The position numbers and the translations under genes are program-made. A stretch of DNA of 64,000 nt from an uncultured virus (IMG/VR IMGVR_UViG_3300042380_000159) (Duplodnaviria; Heunggongvirae; Uroviricota; Caudoviricetes). The DNA lies in IMG/VR virus record IMGVR_UViG_3300042380_000159, one strand, 5' to 3'. Of this stretch, positions 26,247 to 34,752 are shown piece after piece (positions within the stretch are counted from its first letter, which is position 1; every line of letters begins with the position of its first letter). The notes under the pieces are model-generated. The model was not told where the DNA came from and did no database searches. It saw only the letters and a program-made list of their open reading frames with translations.

Positions 26247-26720
26247 CTAGCCTCCGTTGCCGATGCCAGCCCATGCGATTGCCCGGCACGCCTCGGCGTA
26301 GGCCCGCCGCAGTTCCGGCGTCACGGGCTTCACGTCGAGCCCCACCACGTCGCCCATCGCTTTCTCGACGCCTTCACGCAGGCCGGGGTACTGGCCCGGC
26401 TTCACGCCACCGAGCCGCCGCCAGGCGATGTCAAGACTCAGGATCGTGAAGCCACGCAGCGAGCGGGTGTCGGTGAATACCACGGGCTCGCCCTCGGGCG
26501 ACGCCACGACCACGGCGGCCTTCTCCCAGACGCTCGCCCAGATGGCCCGCTCGGCCGGGCTGGCCGCTCGCAGTGCCTTCGCAACGTCGGCCACCTTCGT
26601 CTTCATGTCATCACTCACGTCGATCAAGAACGTCGGCGCGGCCTGCTTGGGCTGCGGCATCCCAAACGCCGCAACGCAGCCAAGTACAAACGCGATGGCA
26701 AATCGGGTACCAATGCTCAT
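26247..26720 (-). CDS. Signal-peptide/membrane-anchored protein
   Basis: N-terminal hydrophobic segment. Confidence 0.65.
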   Translation of the reverse strand: MSIGTRFAIAFVLGCVAAFGMPQPKQAAPTFLIDVSDDMKTKVADVAKALRAASPAERAIWASVWEKAAVVVASPEGEPVVFTDTRSLRGFTILSLDIAWRRLGGVKPGQYPGLREGVEKAMGDVVGLDVKPVTPELRRAYAEACRAIAWAGIGNGG

Positions 26721-26998
26721 TTCTTCGCCTTGGGTGCGTTGCCGAGCATCACGTCGAGGAGCTCTTGGCACAGGGCCACGCCTTCGGAGCAGCCTGCCGC
26801 CTTAAGCCTCGTGGCCAGGTCAAGCACGACGTGCAGATCCTTGCCCGTCACGCTTGGGGCCGCTTCACCTGGGGCCGCCACCGCACGGTCTTGCCACGCG
26901 GCTTTGGCTTTCCGAGCCACGGCGGCAATCGCGGGGCCAGCGACGAGAGCAATTGCCGCCAGAGCGGCACAGACACGAATTGCAACATCGAGGTTCAC
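26717..26998 (-). CDS. Membrane protein
   Basis: N-terminal TM; stop/start coupling with neighbours. Confidence 0.65.
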   Translation of the reverse strand: MNLDVAIRVCAALAAIALVAGPAIAAVARKAKAAWQDRAVAAPGEAAPSVTGKDLHVVLDLATRLKAAGCSEGVALCQELLDVMLGNAPKAKK

Positions 26999-27312
26999 TT
27001 GGCTCCCTCCACCATGCGCAATCCCAGACGCACCAAAGCTTCGCCTTCCTTCGTCTTCAGCACGTCCGCAATGCGCCGCACGAGTTCGTCATCGGCCGTC
27101 GAGTTGGTCTTCGAGGCGACCCACTCGGCGGCGTCGCTCACGATCAGCCCGCGACGGTACGGGTCGGGCTCTTGAACGAACCGCTGGCCGTAGCCGATCA
27201 GCGGAGCCCACGCCTGGAGCAGGGCGAGCTGCTGCCAGATGGAAAGATTGGCCCCGTACTTGGCGTACTCTTCGGCGGTTCCTTGGTAGTTCGGCAGCGT
27301 CATGGCGGGCAC
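26995..27312 (-). CDS. Hypothetical protein
   Basis: ORF with AGGAGG SD in operon. Confidence 0.65.
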   Translation of the reverse strand: MPAMTLPNYQGTAEEYAKYGANLSIWQQLALLQAWAPLIGYGQRFVQEPDPYRRGLIVSDAAEWVASKTNSTADDELVRRIADVLKTKEGEALVRLGLRMVEGAK

Positions 27313-27315
27313 CTC

Positions 27316-27561
27316 CTACCCCGAGTCTGCCCCGCCACCCCCCTCGTCTTGCAGTTCGTCCGCGTTGATCGTTTCGTTGCAATAGTCGTAGAACCAATCG
27401 AAGCAGTCCCGCGTCTCCTGCCGGGCGTCCTTCACCTCCAGCCGGAAGGGCCAGCGGAAGTGATCCCCGTCTTTCACCGTCCCGTCCCCCTCGCACAGGT
27501 AGACGGAGATGTACTTCTGGCTGATGTCCACGACGACCTTGCCCAAGATGGGGTCGCTCAT
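27316..27561 (-). CDS. Hypothetical acidic protein
   Basis: ATGA-coupled ORF. Confidence 0.6.
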   Translation of the reverse strand: MSDPILGKVVVDISQKYISVYLCEGDGTVKDGDHFRWPFRLEVKDARQETRDCFDWFYDYCNETINADELQDEGGGGADSG

Positions 27562-27905
27562 TCGCCGCCCTCCATGTGCCGCAGATCCTCGGGCGTCTCA
27601 ATCTGCCGCAGCGTGAACTGCGTGGGCTTCGTCACGGCCCGCTCGTAGCGGGTGTGCTCGTCCCACTTCGCCTGAATCTCACGGCATGCCTGTGCGATCT
27701 CGCGGGGCGTCGGGTCGCGCTGGCGTTCGGGCTTGAAGCGCAGGCGACGGTCGTGCCGCGGGGCCAACTGCCAGACGAACTTCAGCCGCGTCACTTGATC
27801 GCGGGTAATATTGAAGTTTTCGCACAGTGCCCGGATCGGTACGTGGGAATCCCACTGCACCCGAAACGAAACGATGTCAATCGTGGCCGTGTTGCCGCGT
27901 GCCAT
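27558..27905 (-). CDS. HTH-like protein (paralog of 31216-31452)
   Basis: W...helix-turn-helix-like segment...DPTPREIA. Confidence 0.55.
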   Translation of the reverse strand: MARGNTATIDIVSFRVQWDSHVPIRALCENFNITRDQVTRLKFVWQLAPRHDRRLRFKPERQRDPTPREIAQACREIQAKWDEHTRYERAVTKPTQFTLRQIETPEDLRHMEGGE

Positions 27906-28827
27906 CCTTGCGCCTGCCGACTTGTCGCATAGAAATCATGCCGTCGGCGATCTTAGCGGCATAAGCAAACCCAAAGAGCACTTGCCCAGGCACCTTGCTA
28001 CCCTTGGCGAGGTTGTCTTTTTTCCAAAGCGGCTGAAGGTTCGTGTAGTGGAACGCAGCAGCCTGCTGGTCTTTGTCGGAGAGGTCAAAAGCCGCCAATG
28101 GCACGATGTGATCTATATGCCATTCACCACGGTTCTCCCAAGACATTCCTGGCGCGAACTTTGATTCGAGGTGCGCCATCAGCTCGCTGGTCGTGCAGCC
28201 GACAAGCTTTAGAGTCCGATTTGATTTGCGAGCGTTTTGCCTTGAAAGTGCGACGCCAACCCGGCTCCTGATCGTGACGGCTGTCGCAAAGTGAGCGTCG
28301 CGCTTGCGCCGCAACGTCGAATAACACGCGCCGTGTTTTTGCACAAAGGCAGCCCTGTGTTTTCTTGATCTGCTGGCCGCTGACTCGCGGTACTTTTCAG
28401 GATCTTTTGAGACTCGCTTGCGAAAATATTCCTTTGCTGCCTGCTTGTTCTTGTCGCGGTATCTTTTCGATGACTCCTTTCTTTTTTCGGGGTGCCTTTC
28501 CCTGTATCGCCTGCTGTACAGTCGATCCATTTCCCTTTTCTTCTTCAGTTTCTTTGGGTCTGATGCGACCTTTGCTGCATATTTCTTTTGCGTTGCGCGG
28601 CCCTGCGGAGACTTGCTGCGACCCTTTATTTTCTCCTTGTTTGCTTCGTAGTACGCCTTGTCGCTTGCTTTCTTTGCTTCTTTATTTCGCTCGCGATACT
28701 CCTTGCATTGGGCAAGAATCCTGTCGCGGTTGGCTAGGTAGTACCTCCTGCCATACGAAAGCACTTTTTCGCCTTCCGCTCCTGCGCATGGTTGCGTTTG
28801 CTTACGCGGCCGCATAGAGTCAGCCAT
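27877..28827 (-). CDS. HNH homing-endonuclease-like protein
   Basis: Lys/Arg-rich repeats, WHIDHIVP...YTNLQPLW...N..KG; more AT-rich than flanks. Confidence 0.85.
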   Translation of the reverse strand: MADSMRPRKQTQPCAGAEGEKVLSYGRRYYLANRDRILAQCKEYRERNKEAKKASDKAYYEANKEKIKGRSKSPQGRATQKKYAAKVASDPKKLKKKREMDRLYSRRYRERHPEKRKESSKRYRDKNKQAAKEYFRKRVSKDPEKYRESAASRSRKHRAAFVQKHGACYSTLRRKRDAHFATAVTIRSRVGVALSRQNARKSNRTLKLVGCTTSELMAHLESKFAPGMSWENRGEWHIDHIVPLAAFDLSDKDQQAAAFHYTNLQPLWKKDNLAKGSKVPGQVLFGFAYAAKIADGMISMRQVGRRKDGTRQHGHD

Positions 28828-28898
28828 AGCCTCGCTCCTATTCACGTTAGGGGTGCTGGTTAGAGACGGCGGCGGGCTGCAACCCGTCGCCGTTTCGT

Positions 28899-29798
28899 CT
28901 ATTCTACCCCCTCGCCGGGCGGGTCGCAAGCGTCCAGCCAGTGCATCACCATCCTCATGCTCGGGTCCATGTAGAGCTTCTGCCCCGTCCGCTCCGTGAT
29001 GCTGCGATGGAAGGGCACATGCTCGCAGTCCGTCTCGCCGTCGTAGTGCCCGCGCAGGTAGGCGAAGGCGTCGTAAACCGCCATGCCGCCGAACGCAGAG
29101 CAGACGGCGAACGGCGGCGAGCCAACGGCTGGCAAGTGCTGATGCTTCCAGCCGCCGAGCCCGGCGGTGTAGTCGTCCCAATAGGCGTTGAGCCGGTACG
29201 CCCAGGCGTCGTAATGCACCCAGCCCGCGACGAGCTTCGGCTGCTTGTCCTCGCCCACCGCCATCGTCGGGTGCTGGATCAGCGAGACGCTCGCCATGCC
29301 GTAGGCGTCGGTCGTGTCGGCCAGCGCCCCCACGCCATGCAGGAAGCCCGAGTGTGACCATCCGTCCCACGCATCCCAATCCACGACCACCACGAAGTCG
29401 GCGTTGGCGTGGTGCTTGCGGACCCACTCTTGGCACGCCGTGCGGTACTCAGCCAGGGCGATCGTGCGGCGGCCTGCGAACTCAGCCCCGTAGTGCTCGC
29501 GGCCCAGCGTGCGATCTTGAAACGACGCCTGCCGGTGGGCACCGCAGAACGTCTCCAGCACTTCCACCGTGTCGTCTGCATTGTCGTTAGTTTCGACCCG
29601 AAGAGCCCACGAGCCGCACGACTCGACCAGTTGCTCAAGCCGCAGGAGGTTCTTCCGCAGGTGCGGCCCGCAGTTGCGAGCCAGGCCCACGAAGACCACC
29701 GACGAGTCCTTCAGGATCGACTCGCCCGCCTCGGCAAGCCGTACGAAGTCGGCGGCGAACGGCTCCAGCGGATAGATGAGGTGCTCGGGAATGTTCAT
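28899..29798 (-). CDS. Glycosyltransferase-like protein (GT-A)
   Basis: GLARNC, ND..DDT, VVVDWD, SAFGGMAVY, CEHV.FH. Confidence 0.75.
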   Translation of the reverse strand: MNIPEHLIYPLEPFAADFVRLAEAGESILKDSSVVFVGLARNCGPHLRKNLLRLEQLVESCGSWALRVETNDNADDTVEVLETFCGAHRQASFQDRTLGREHYGAEFAGRRTIALAEYRTACQEWVRKHHANADFVVVVDWDAWDGWSHSGFLHGVGALADTTDAYGMASVSLIQHPTMAVGEDKQPKLVAGWVHYDAWAYRLNAYWDDYTAGLGGWKHQHLPAVGSPPFAVCSAFGGMAVYDAFAYLRGHYDGETDCEHVPFHRSITERTGQKLYMDPSMRMVMHWLDACDPPGEGVE

Positions 29799-30322
29799 CG
29801 CTTCACCGCCACGGCCACGCCGTAGGGTTCGAGCACCTGCCGCCAGACGGCGATCTCGGGCCGCCGCTCCTCCACCCACTCGTCGAACGCCGTGAGCAGG
29901 TACGGATGGGCCGGGTGCGTGATGTCATGGAACGCCACGCAGCCCCCGGGACGGCACAGCGGCCAGACGTTCCGCAGGTCGGCCATGCCGCCCTCGTAGG
30001 AGTGGTCGCCGTCCACAAGGATCAGATCGAACTGCCCCGTCAGCGTCGGGATCGTCTCTTTCGAGTCGCCGTCGAGGTATCGCACCTCGCCCGTGTAGAG
30101 CATCCCGGCCAGCAGCCGGTCGATGTGTTCGTGCGAGCCGCGTGAGGAGCCACCCCACTTGCCCCCCCATGTGTCGGCACACACGATCGACTCAAGGGCC
30201 GGGGAGTTCTCCACGACCACGCGCAACGAGCCGCCGTCGCGGGTGCCGATCTCCAAGTAGGACCGCACCGTGTTCTCTTGGCAGTGCTCGGACAAGAAAT
30301 CGTAGAGGCTCTGGTTGCTCAT
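29795..30322 (-). CDS. Class I SAM-dependent methyltransferase (Methyltransf_24-like)
   Basis: LEIGT..GGS, FDLILVDGDHSYEG, PGGCVAFHD. Confidence 0.88.
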   Translation of the reverse strand: MSNQSLYDFLSEHCQENTVRSYLEIGTRDGGSLRVVVENSPALESIVCADTWGGKWGGSSRGSHEHIDRLLAGMLYTGEVRYLDGDSKETIPTLTGQFDLILVDGDHSYEGGMADLRNVWPLCRPGGCVAFHDITHPAHPYLLTAFDEWVEERRPEIAVWRQVLEPYGVAVAVKR

Positions 30323-30726
30323 TGGATTCGCACGGTGGTCCGTGCCTCCGCTCCGTAAGACTTCTCCACCACGAGCTTCGCCACCTGCGAGTCGTCCTCG
30401 AATGCCACGCCGTTCAACGCGTCGAGAGCGGCCTTCGCGCAGTTATCCACGTCGAACCGTGGCAACACTGGCGCGCCCTTACGCAGCCCCTTCTTCGTCA
30501 GGTGCGAGGCCGGGCGGGCGAAGACGAGATCGAGGATCACCGTGAGCGGCTCCGTGGTTGTCGGCGTGGCCCCGGCCTCGACGGCCGCCGCTGCGATGGA
30601 TGCCCGGTACGCATGCACCGGGTGCTTGCCCGGCACATACGCCCGCGCGAACCCGCCCCGAGTCGAGACTCGCGGCCTCGGCTGGGGGACGGGATCGCCC
30701 GGCACCTCGAACGTCAACGGCTTCAC
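30319..30726 (-). CDS. rusA: RusA family Holliday junction resolvase
   Basis: PVPQPRPR...DVDNCAKAALDALNG...DDSQV. Confidence 0.9.
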   Translation of the reverse strand: MKPLTFEVPGDPVPQPRPRVSTRGGFARAYVPGKHPVHAYRASIAAAAVEAGATPTTTEPLTVILDLVFARPASHLTKKGLRKGAPVLPRFDVDNCAKAALDALNGVAFEDDSQVAKLVVEKSYGAEARTTVRIQ

Positions 30727-30872
30727 GCGGCCCTCGCAGCCATGTAGAGGCCGACGTTCGCCGCCGCGTAGCCCGCGTAGGCAATCGCCAGCCCGTGCTT
30801 GCCGTGTGCAGCCAGGTCGGCAGACACGAACAGGTAGATCACGCCGGTGAGTGCGATGAGCCACGGGGCCAT
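30723..30872 (-). CDS. Small membrane protein (49 aa, not in ORF track)
   Basis: Hand translation MAPWLIALTGVIYLFVSA...; fills the gap, GTGA-coupled to rusA. Confidence 0.6.
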   Translation of the reverse strand: MAPWLIALTGVIYLFVSADLAAHGKHGLAIAYAGYAAANVGLYMAARAA

Positions 30873-30875
30873 GAT

Positions 30876-31169
30876 TCACCGATACCGGATGACGGCGTAC
30901 CAGCGGCGCGTAACCGGCGAGTAGGCCACGCCTTCCTCGACGATGACCTTCTTGCCGAAGAAGCAGCAATTCCTTCTCGCGGCCTCGGGCGTCGATCCCA
31001 TGCCGATGCCTTCGGTCTGGCTGCACTGGGAATGCACGAGCGTGCCGCGCCGGGCGATGATCGTGGCGTGCTCCTGGGCAGAGATCACGGCAGGGCCACG
31101 CACGATGACCGTCTGACCGTGGCAGAGCGAGGTGGCGAGGGCGATCAGCAGGGCGGTAATCAAACGCAT
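30876..31169 (-). CDS. Small secreted protein
   Basis: Signal peptide; AGGAG SD. Confidence 0.65.
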   Translation of the reverse strand: MRLITALLIALATSLCHGQTVIVRGPAVISAQEHATIIARRGTLVHSQCSQTEGIGMGSTPEAARRNCCFFGKKVIVEEGVAYSPVTRRWYAVIRYR

Positions 31170-31215
31170 GGCGGGGCTCCTGGGGTGAGTGAACCCCCGC
31201 AGGATGGCAACCGTG

Positions 31216-31452
31216 TCAAGCGTCAGGCTCGGCCCGCCGCTGGGCGAAGTGCCGCTCTCGGCACTCTCGCGCCCGCTCTGCGATCTCGTCGGGCGTCGGG
31301 TCCACGATTCTTTTCCTGTACTTGCATACCCGATCCGGTATGCCGTGCTCGCGACGCAGTTCGTGCAGTCGTTGCCGCCGGATGCCGAGGTGCGCTGCGA
31401 TCACATCCGCAGGCACCCCGGCATCCCACATCTGGCGAAGCGTCTCTAGCAT
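31216..31452 (-). CDS. HTH protein
   Basis: LRQMWDAGVPADVIAAHLGI...DPTPDEIA. Confidence 0.65.
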   Translation of the reverse strand: MLETLRQMWDAGVPADVIAAHLGIRRQRLHELRREHGIPDRVCKYRKRIVDPTPDEIAERARECRERHFAQRRAEPDA

Positions 31453-32561
31453 CAGTCCTTCGCCAACGGCATGATGACCCCGGTGCAGTCGCCGCAGCGC
31501 AGCACCACCGCGCTCTGAGCGTCCACCGCCTCGACCTCGACGGGCTCGGCCTCATCCACGCCACGCAGGAACTCGACCACGAAGCCGGGGTCGAGCGCCA
31601 CGCTCGCCGTCTGGCCCGCTTCGAGCAGCCCGCACGTCACGCTCGACTGCCCCGCCTCGGCACTCTGAGCCGTCAGGTGAATGCCGTTCTCGACGAACGC
31701 GAACGTCACGCCCTTCGACTGCTCACTGGTCACGATGGCCGCCTGCCGTGTCGCCGCCAAGAGCTCAGCCCCGTTCACGAGCGTGGCCTTGGCATCCCGC
31801 TCGGGGATCACGTCACGCCACCGGGGGAAGCGTCCCTCGACGAGCCGGGCCGTCACCACCGTGCCGTCGATGGTCGCCACCACCTCGCGGTCGGTGGCCT
31901 CCAACTGCACCGCCCCCTCACTGTGCGAAGCGATGCTGCTGATGGTCAGGATCGCCCGCGCCGGGATCAGCGTGGTGGAGTCGTCCACCGCCTGGTCCAC
32001 TTCGATGCCGTAGGACGAGAGCCGCCGCCCGTCCGTGCCCACCAGCGTCACCGTGCCATCCTTCACCTCGACGAGCACCGCCCCGAGGGCGAACCGGCTC
32101 GAATCGGTGTCCGTGGCGTAGGCCACCGCCTTCACCGCCCGCACGAACTGATCGCACGGCACGCGGCAGATCGGCTTCACGGCGGTCGGCTCCCACCGTG
32201 GGAACTCAGCCGCATCCTCCGTGGGTAGCGTCCACGTTCCGCCGCCCACGCTCACGATGCAAGACGTGTCGCCGGGGGCCAGCGTCACCTCGTCGCCCGA
32301 GGCGGCCCCGAGGATCGCCTGCAAGCGGGCGAACGGGAGCAGCAGTGGGGCGTCCGTGTACGGCACCTCGGCCGACACCTGGAGCTCGAGATCACTCGCC
32401 GTGATCCCGCCGTTTGCCAGCAAAACGTTCAACAGGATCGGCTTCGGGCTGCGGTTGGCGACGGCCGCACGGACCGTTGCCATTGCACTTCGGAGCGTTG
32501 CCGTTGGGAGGGAGATGCCAGTAGTTCGAGTCTTTCGTCGTTCCTTCGTTGCTGTTGTCAT
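31452..32561 (-). CDS. dnaN: DNA polymerase III beta sliding clamp homolog
   Basis: PILLNVLL, ASDLE, TDGRRL, RLVEGRFP, VIMP. Confidence 0.9.
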   Translation of the reverse strand: MTTATKERRKTRTTGISLPTATLRSAMATVRAAVANRSPKPILLNVLLANGGITASDLELQVSAEVPYTDAPLLLPFARLQAILGAASGDEVTLAPGDTSCIVSVGGGTWTLPTEDAAEFPRWEPTAVKPICRVPCDQFVRAVKAVAYATDTDSSRFALGAVLVEVKDGTVTLVGTDGRRLSSYGIEVDQAVDDSTTLIPARAILTISSIASHSEGAVQLEATDREVVATIDGTVVTARLVEGRFPRWRDVIPERDAKATLVNGAELLAATRQAAIVTSEQSKGVTFAFVENGIHLTAQSAEAGQSSVTCGLLEAGQTASVALDPGFVVEFLRGVDEAEPVEVEAVDAQSAVVLRCGDCTGVIMPLAKD

Positions 32562-32669
32562 TTCTCAAGTCCTTTCGAGAGTGAAGAGCCACACCAACAC
32601 ACACGCCAAGAACGAACGTCATGGCGTTGAGAGAAAAACCGGCGCACACAAGGGCCAACTGCGAAGCTG

Positions 32670-32861
32670 TCATGCCTTGGCCTCCGTGTGCTCAATCGTT
32701 CGGGCCAGCACGATCGTGCGATCAGACAGGCGGCGAATCAGACGGGCCGCCACCATCAAGACCCACGCCGCTTCGGGCGTGGTGTCCTCACGCATCGCGT
32801 ATTGCTCGCACATCACAGCCACGTCTTCAGACGCGGGATACCGGAAGTTGTCGCCTTTCAT
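32670..32861 (-). CDS. Hypothetical protein
   Basis: GGAGG SD; coupled ORF. Confidence 0.55.
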   Translation of the reverse strand: MKGDNFRYPASEDVAVMCEQYAMREDTTPEAAWVLMVAARLIRRLSDRTIVLARTIEHTEAKA

Positions 32862-33688
32862 AAATCCTCCTCCTTGAGTTTGATTCCTTGGGCAAGCGCG
32901 ACGGCCTCCCGTGGCCGCCGGTAGGGTGCTTGCTGGTACTGATCCTTCCACGCCTTCGCAGGTGGCTTGTCATCCGGCCTGACGCCGGGCGTGCGGACGG
33001 TGCCGCCCTTGTCCTGGCAACGCTGGAGCCAGCCCACGATGAAGCGTCGCCAGTTGCGTCTGCCCGCCCGCTTCGGGTTGGCCCGCAGCCAGGCCGTGGC
33101 CTTGGCCAGCTCCTGCTCGAGCACGGCACCGGGGTAGGCGGCTGCCCATTCCTGCCGGTCTGCGTCCGTGATGCCGCCCCAGCCTGCGTCAGCAGACCAC
33201 GAGACGGCAGGCTTCGACGGCGAGCGAGCCGCTTGCGGCTTGCTCGTCGGAACCGGCGCAGCCGGTATGTATTCTTCTCTCTTCTCTTCTCCTCTCCTCT
33301 CCTCTAGTCCGCAATCTGTCCGCTCGTCATGCGGACAAGATGCGGACATCCTGCGGACAGACTTCGCCCGCGCGTCCAAAAGCCGCCTTTTTGCGGCATT
33401 TCCGAACCTCTCCTCCCAGCCTGGGATGGTGATGCAGTCGCCAGAAACGACGAGCCATCCGGCACGCTCAACAGCCTGCCAATACGCCTCGTCTCCACCG
33501 GCCACCATGCCCAGCATCGAGAGCGGCACGCGTATCGTGCCGTCTGCCGTCACATGCCACGCCCACGACCACAGGCGGACCATCCGGCCGACCACGACCT
33601 CAATAGGCTCGTGAGTCGCCGCAGCCACCTCTAGCACCTCGGGCTTCGTGCCCAGGTTGCAGTCAACGGGAATCCATTCACCGGCCAT
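32858..33688 (-). CDS. Replication initiator candidate
   Basis: WI.VD..L..KPEV...RLWSW N-terminus, charged linker, W..NP...NW.RF...WL C-domain. Confidence 0.65.
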   Translation of the reverse strand: MAGEWIPVDCNLGTKPEVLEVAAATHEPIEVVVGRMVRLWSWAWHVTADGTIRVPLSMLGMVAGGDEAYWQAVERAGWLVVSGDCITIPGWEERFGNAAKRRLLDARAKSVRRMSASCPHDERTDCGLEERRGEEKREEYIPAAPVPTSKPQAARSPSKPAVSWSADAGWGGITDADRQEWAAAYPGAVLEQELAKATAWLRANPKRAGRRNWRRFIVGWLQRCQDKGGTVRTPGVRPDDKPPAKAWKDQYQQAPYRRPREAVALAQGIKLKEEDL

Positions 33689-33757
33689 ATCGGCCTCCTT
33701 TCCATTCCGCCCCGCCGCGTCGAAGCGGCTTCGTGCCTATCACGAGGGCGGCGTCGA

Positions 33758-34180
33758 TCACTCCTCGTCTTGGTCAAGGCTGCCCTTGCTGAAAACAGCC
33801 TTCTTGTTGTCGCCTCGCAGCAGGAAGCAGGTGTACGGCTCGTAATGCTGGCCGAACACAAAAACGACCTCCTCTTCGCTGACCCGACGGCGCACGCACC
33901 CGCACCCCTCGTCTCGCCCATTGCCGCTGATCTTCAGGCCAGCGGTGTCGTTGTCGTCAGTGCGAGTGATAGTCCAAGAGGCTTCGTCGCCGTCCTTGTC
34001 GATGTGCAGAAGCACCCGGTCGCCGATCCTCCATCGCAATGTGTCAAGCACATCGGCGCTGAGCCTGACGCAGAGCGAAGCCTTTTCGGTCGTGGCCCTG
34101 TTCAGTGACACATACAAATCGCCACCCGCTGAGTTCGCCGGGCCGCCCTTCTTTTGTGAAGCAAACGTCATCGACTGCAT
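33758..34180 (-). CDS. Hypothetical protein
   Basis: AAAGGAG SD. Confidence 0.65.
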   Translation of the reverse strand: MQSMTFASQKKGGPANSAGGDLYVSLNRATTEKASLCVRLSADVLDTLRWRIGDRVLLHIDKDGDEASWTITRTDDNDTAGLKISGNGRDEGCGCVRRRVSEEEVVFVFGQHYEPYTCFLLRGDNKKAVFSKGSLDQDEE

Positions 34181-34251
34181 ATCTCGTCTCCTTTGCTTTC
34201 GCGTTCCCTTTCACCAAACTCGCCGCCGCCCCGAGCGGGGCAGTCGCGGCA

Positions 34252-34728
34252 TCAAATCAACTCGTCCATGTTTCGCAGTGCGTCCCGTGGCACAAACCAC
34301 GCTGGCCTCTGGCTGTGCGGATCTCGCAACCATTCCGGCCTCTTCGCCTCGTGCCCATAGGCCCAGCCAGCCAGCAGCACGCGCTGCCCATCGACCAGGG
34401 CCAGGACAAACCGCCGCTCGTCCGAGTCGTTGTCGCGAACTATCAAATGCCCGCTGTCAACGAGGGCTGTAGCCCTCACCTCAACGTCGCCAAGACAATC
34501 CGGCACCCGGTGGAACGTGTTCACGCTTGGCACAAACCACTTGTCTGCGTACTTGCCCACGGCAAGCTCGCCGCACGCGCCGACGACCTCCTCCTCGAGC
34601 CGCTTCACAAGCGTCCGCCTATAGGTTGTGGCGTGGTTCAGTCGCTGCATGGCACTGGCCATAATCCGCATCCATGCGGTACTGACGGCCTGCCCAAACT
34701 CGGGGATAGTCAATTCGATTTCGACCAC
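34252..34728 (-). CDS. Hypothetical protein, possible PD-(D/E)xK-like nuclease
   Basis: GACGELAV...PD...VEVR; AAGGA SD. Confidence 0.5.
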   Translation of the reverse strand: MVEIELTIPEFGQAVSTAWMRIMASAMQRLNHATTYRRTLVKRLEEEVVGACGELAVGKYADKWFVPSVNTFHRVPDCLGDVEVRATALVDSGHLIVRDNDSDERRFVLALVDGQRVLLAGWAYGHEAKRPEWLRDPHSQRPAWFVPRDALRNMDELI

Positions 34729-34752
34729 GTTGCGATCCTTCGCTTTGTGTGA

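Noticed and set aside
27877..29436. 519-aa ORF as a single fusion protein
   Set aside because: The N-terminal part overlaps the glycosyltransferase out of frame; the likely start is 28827 after a GGAG SD
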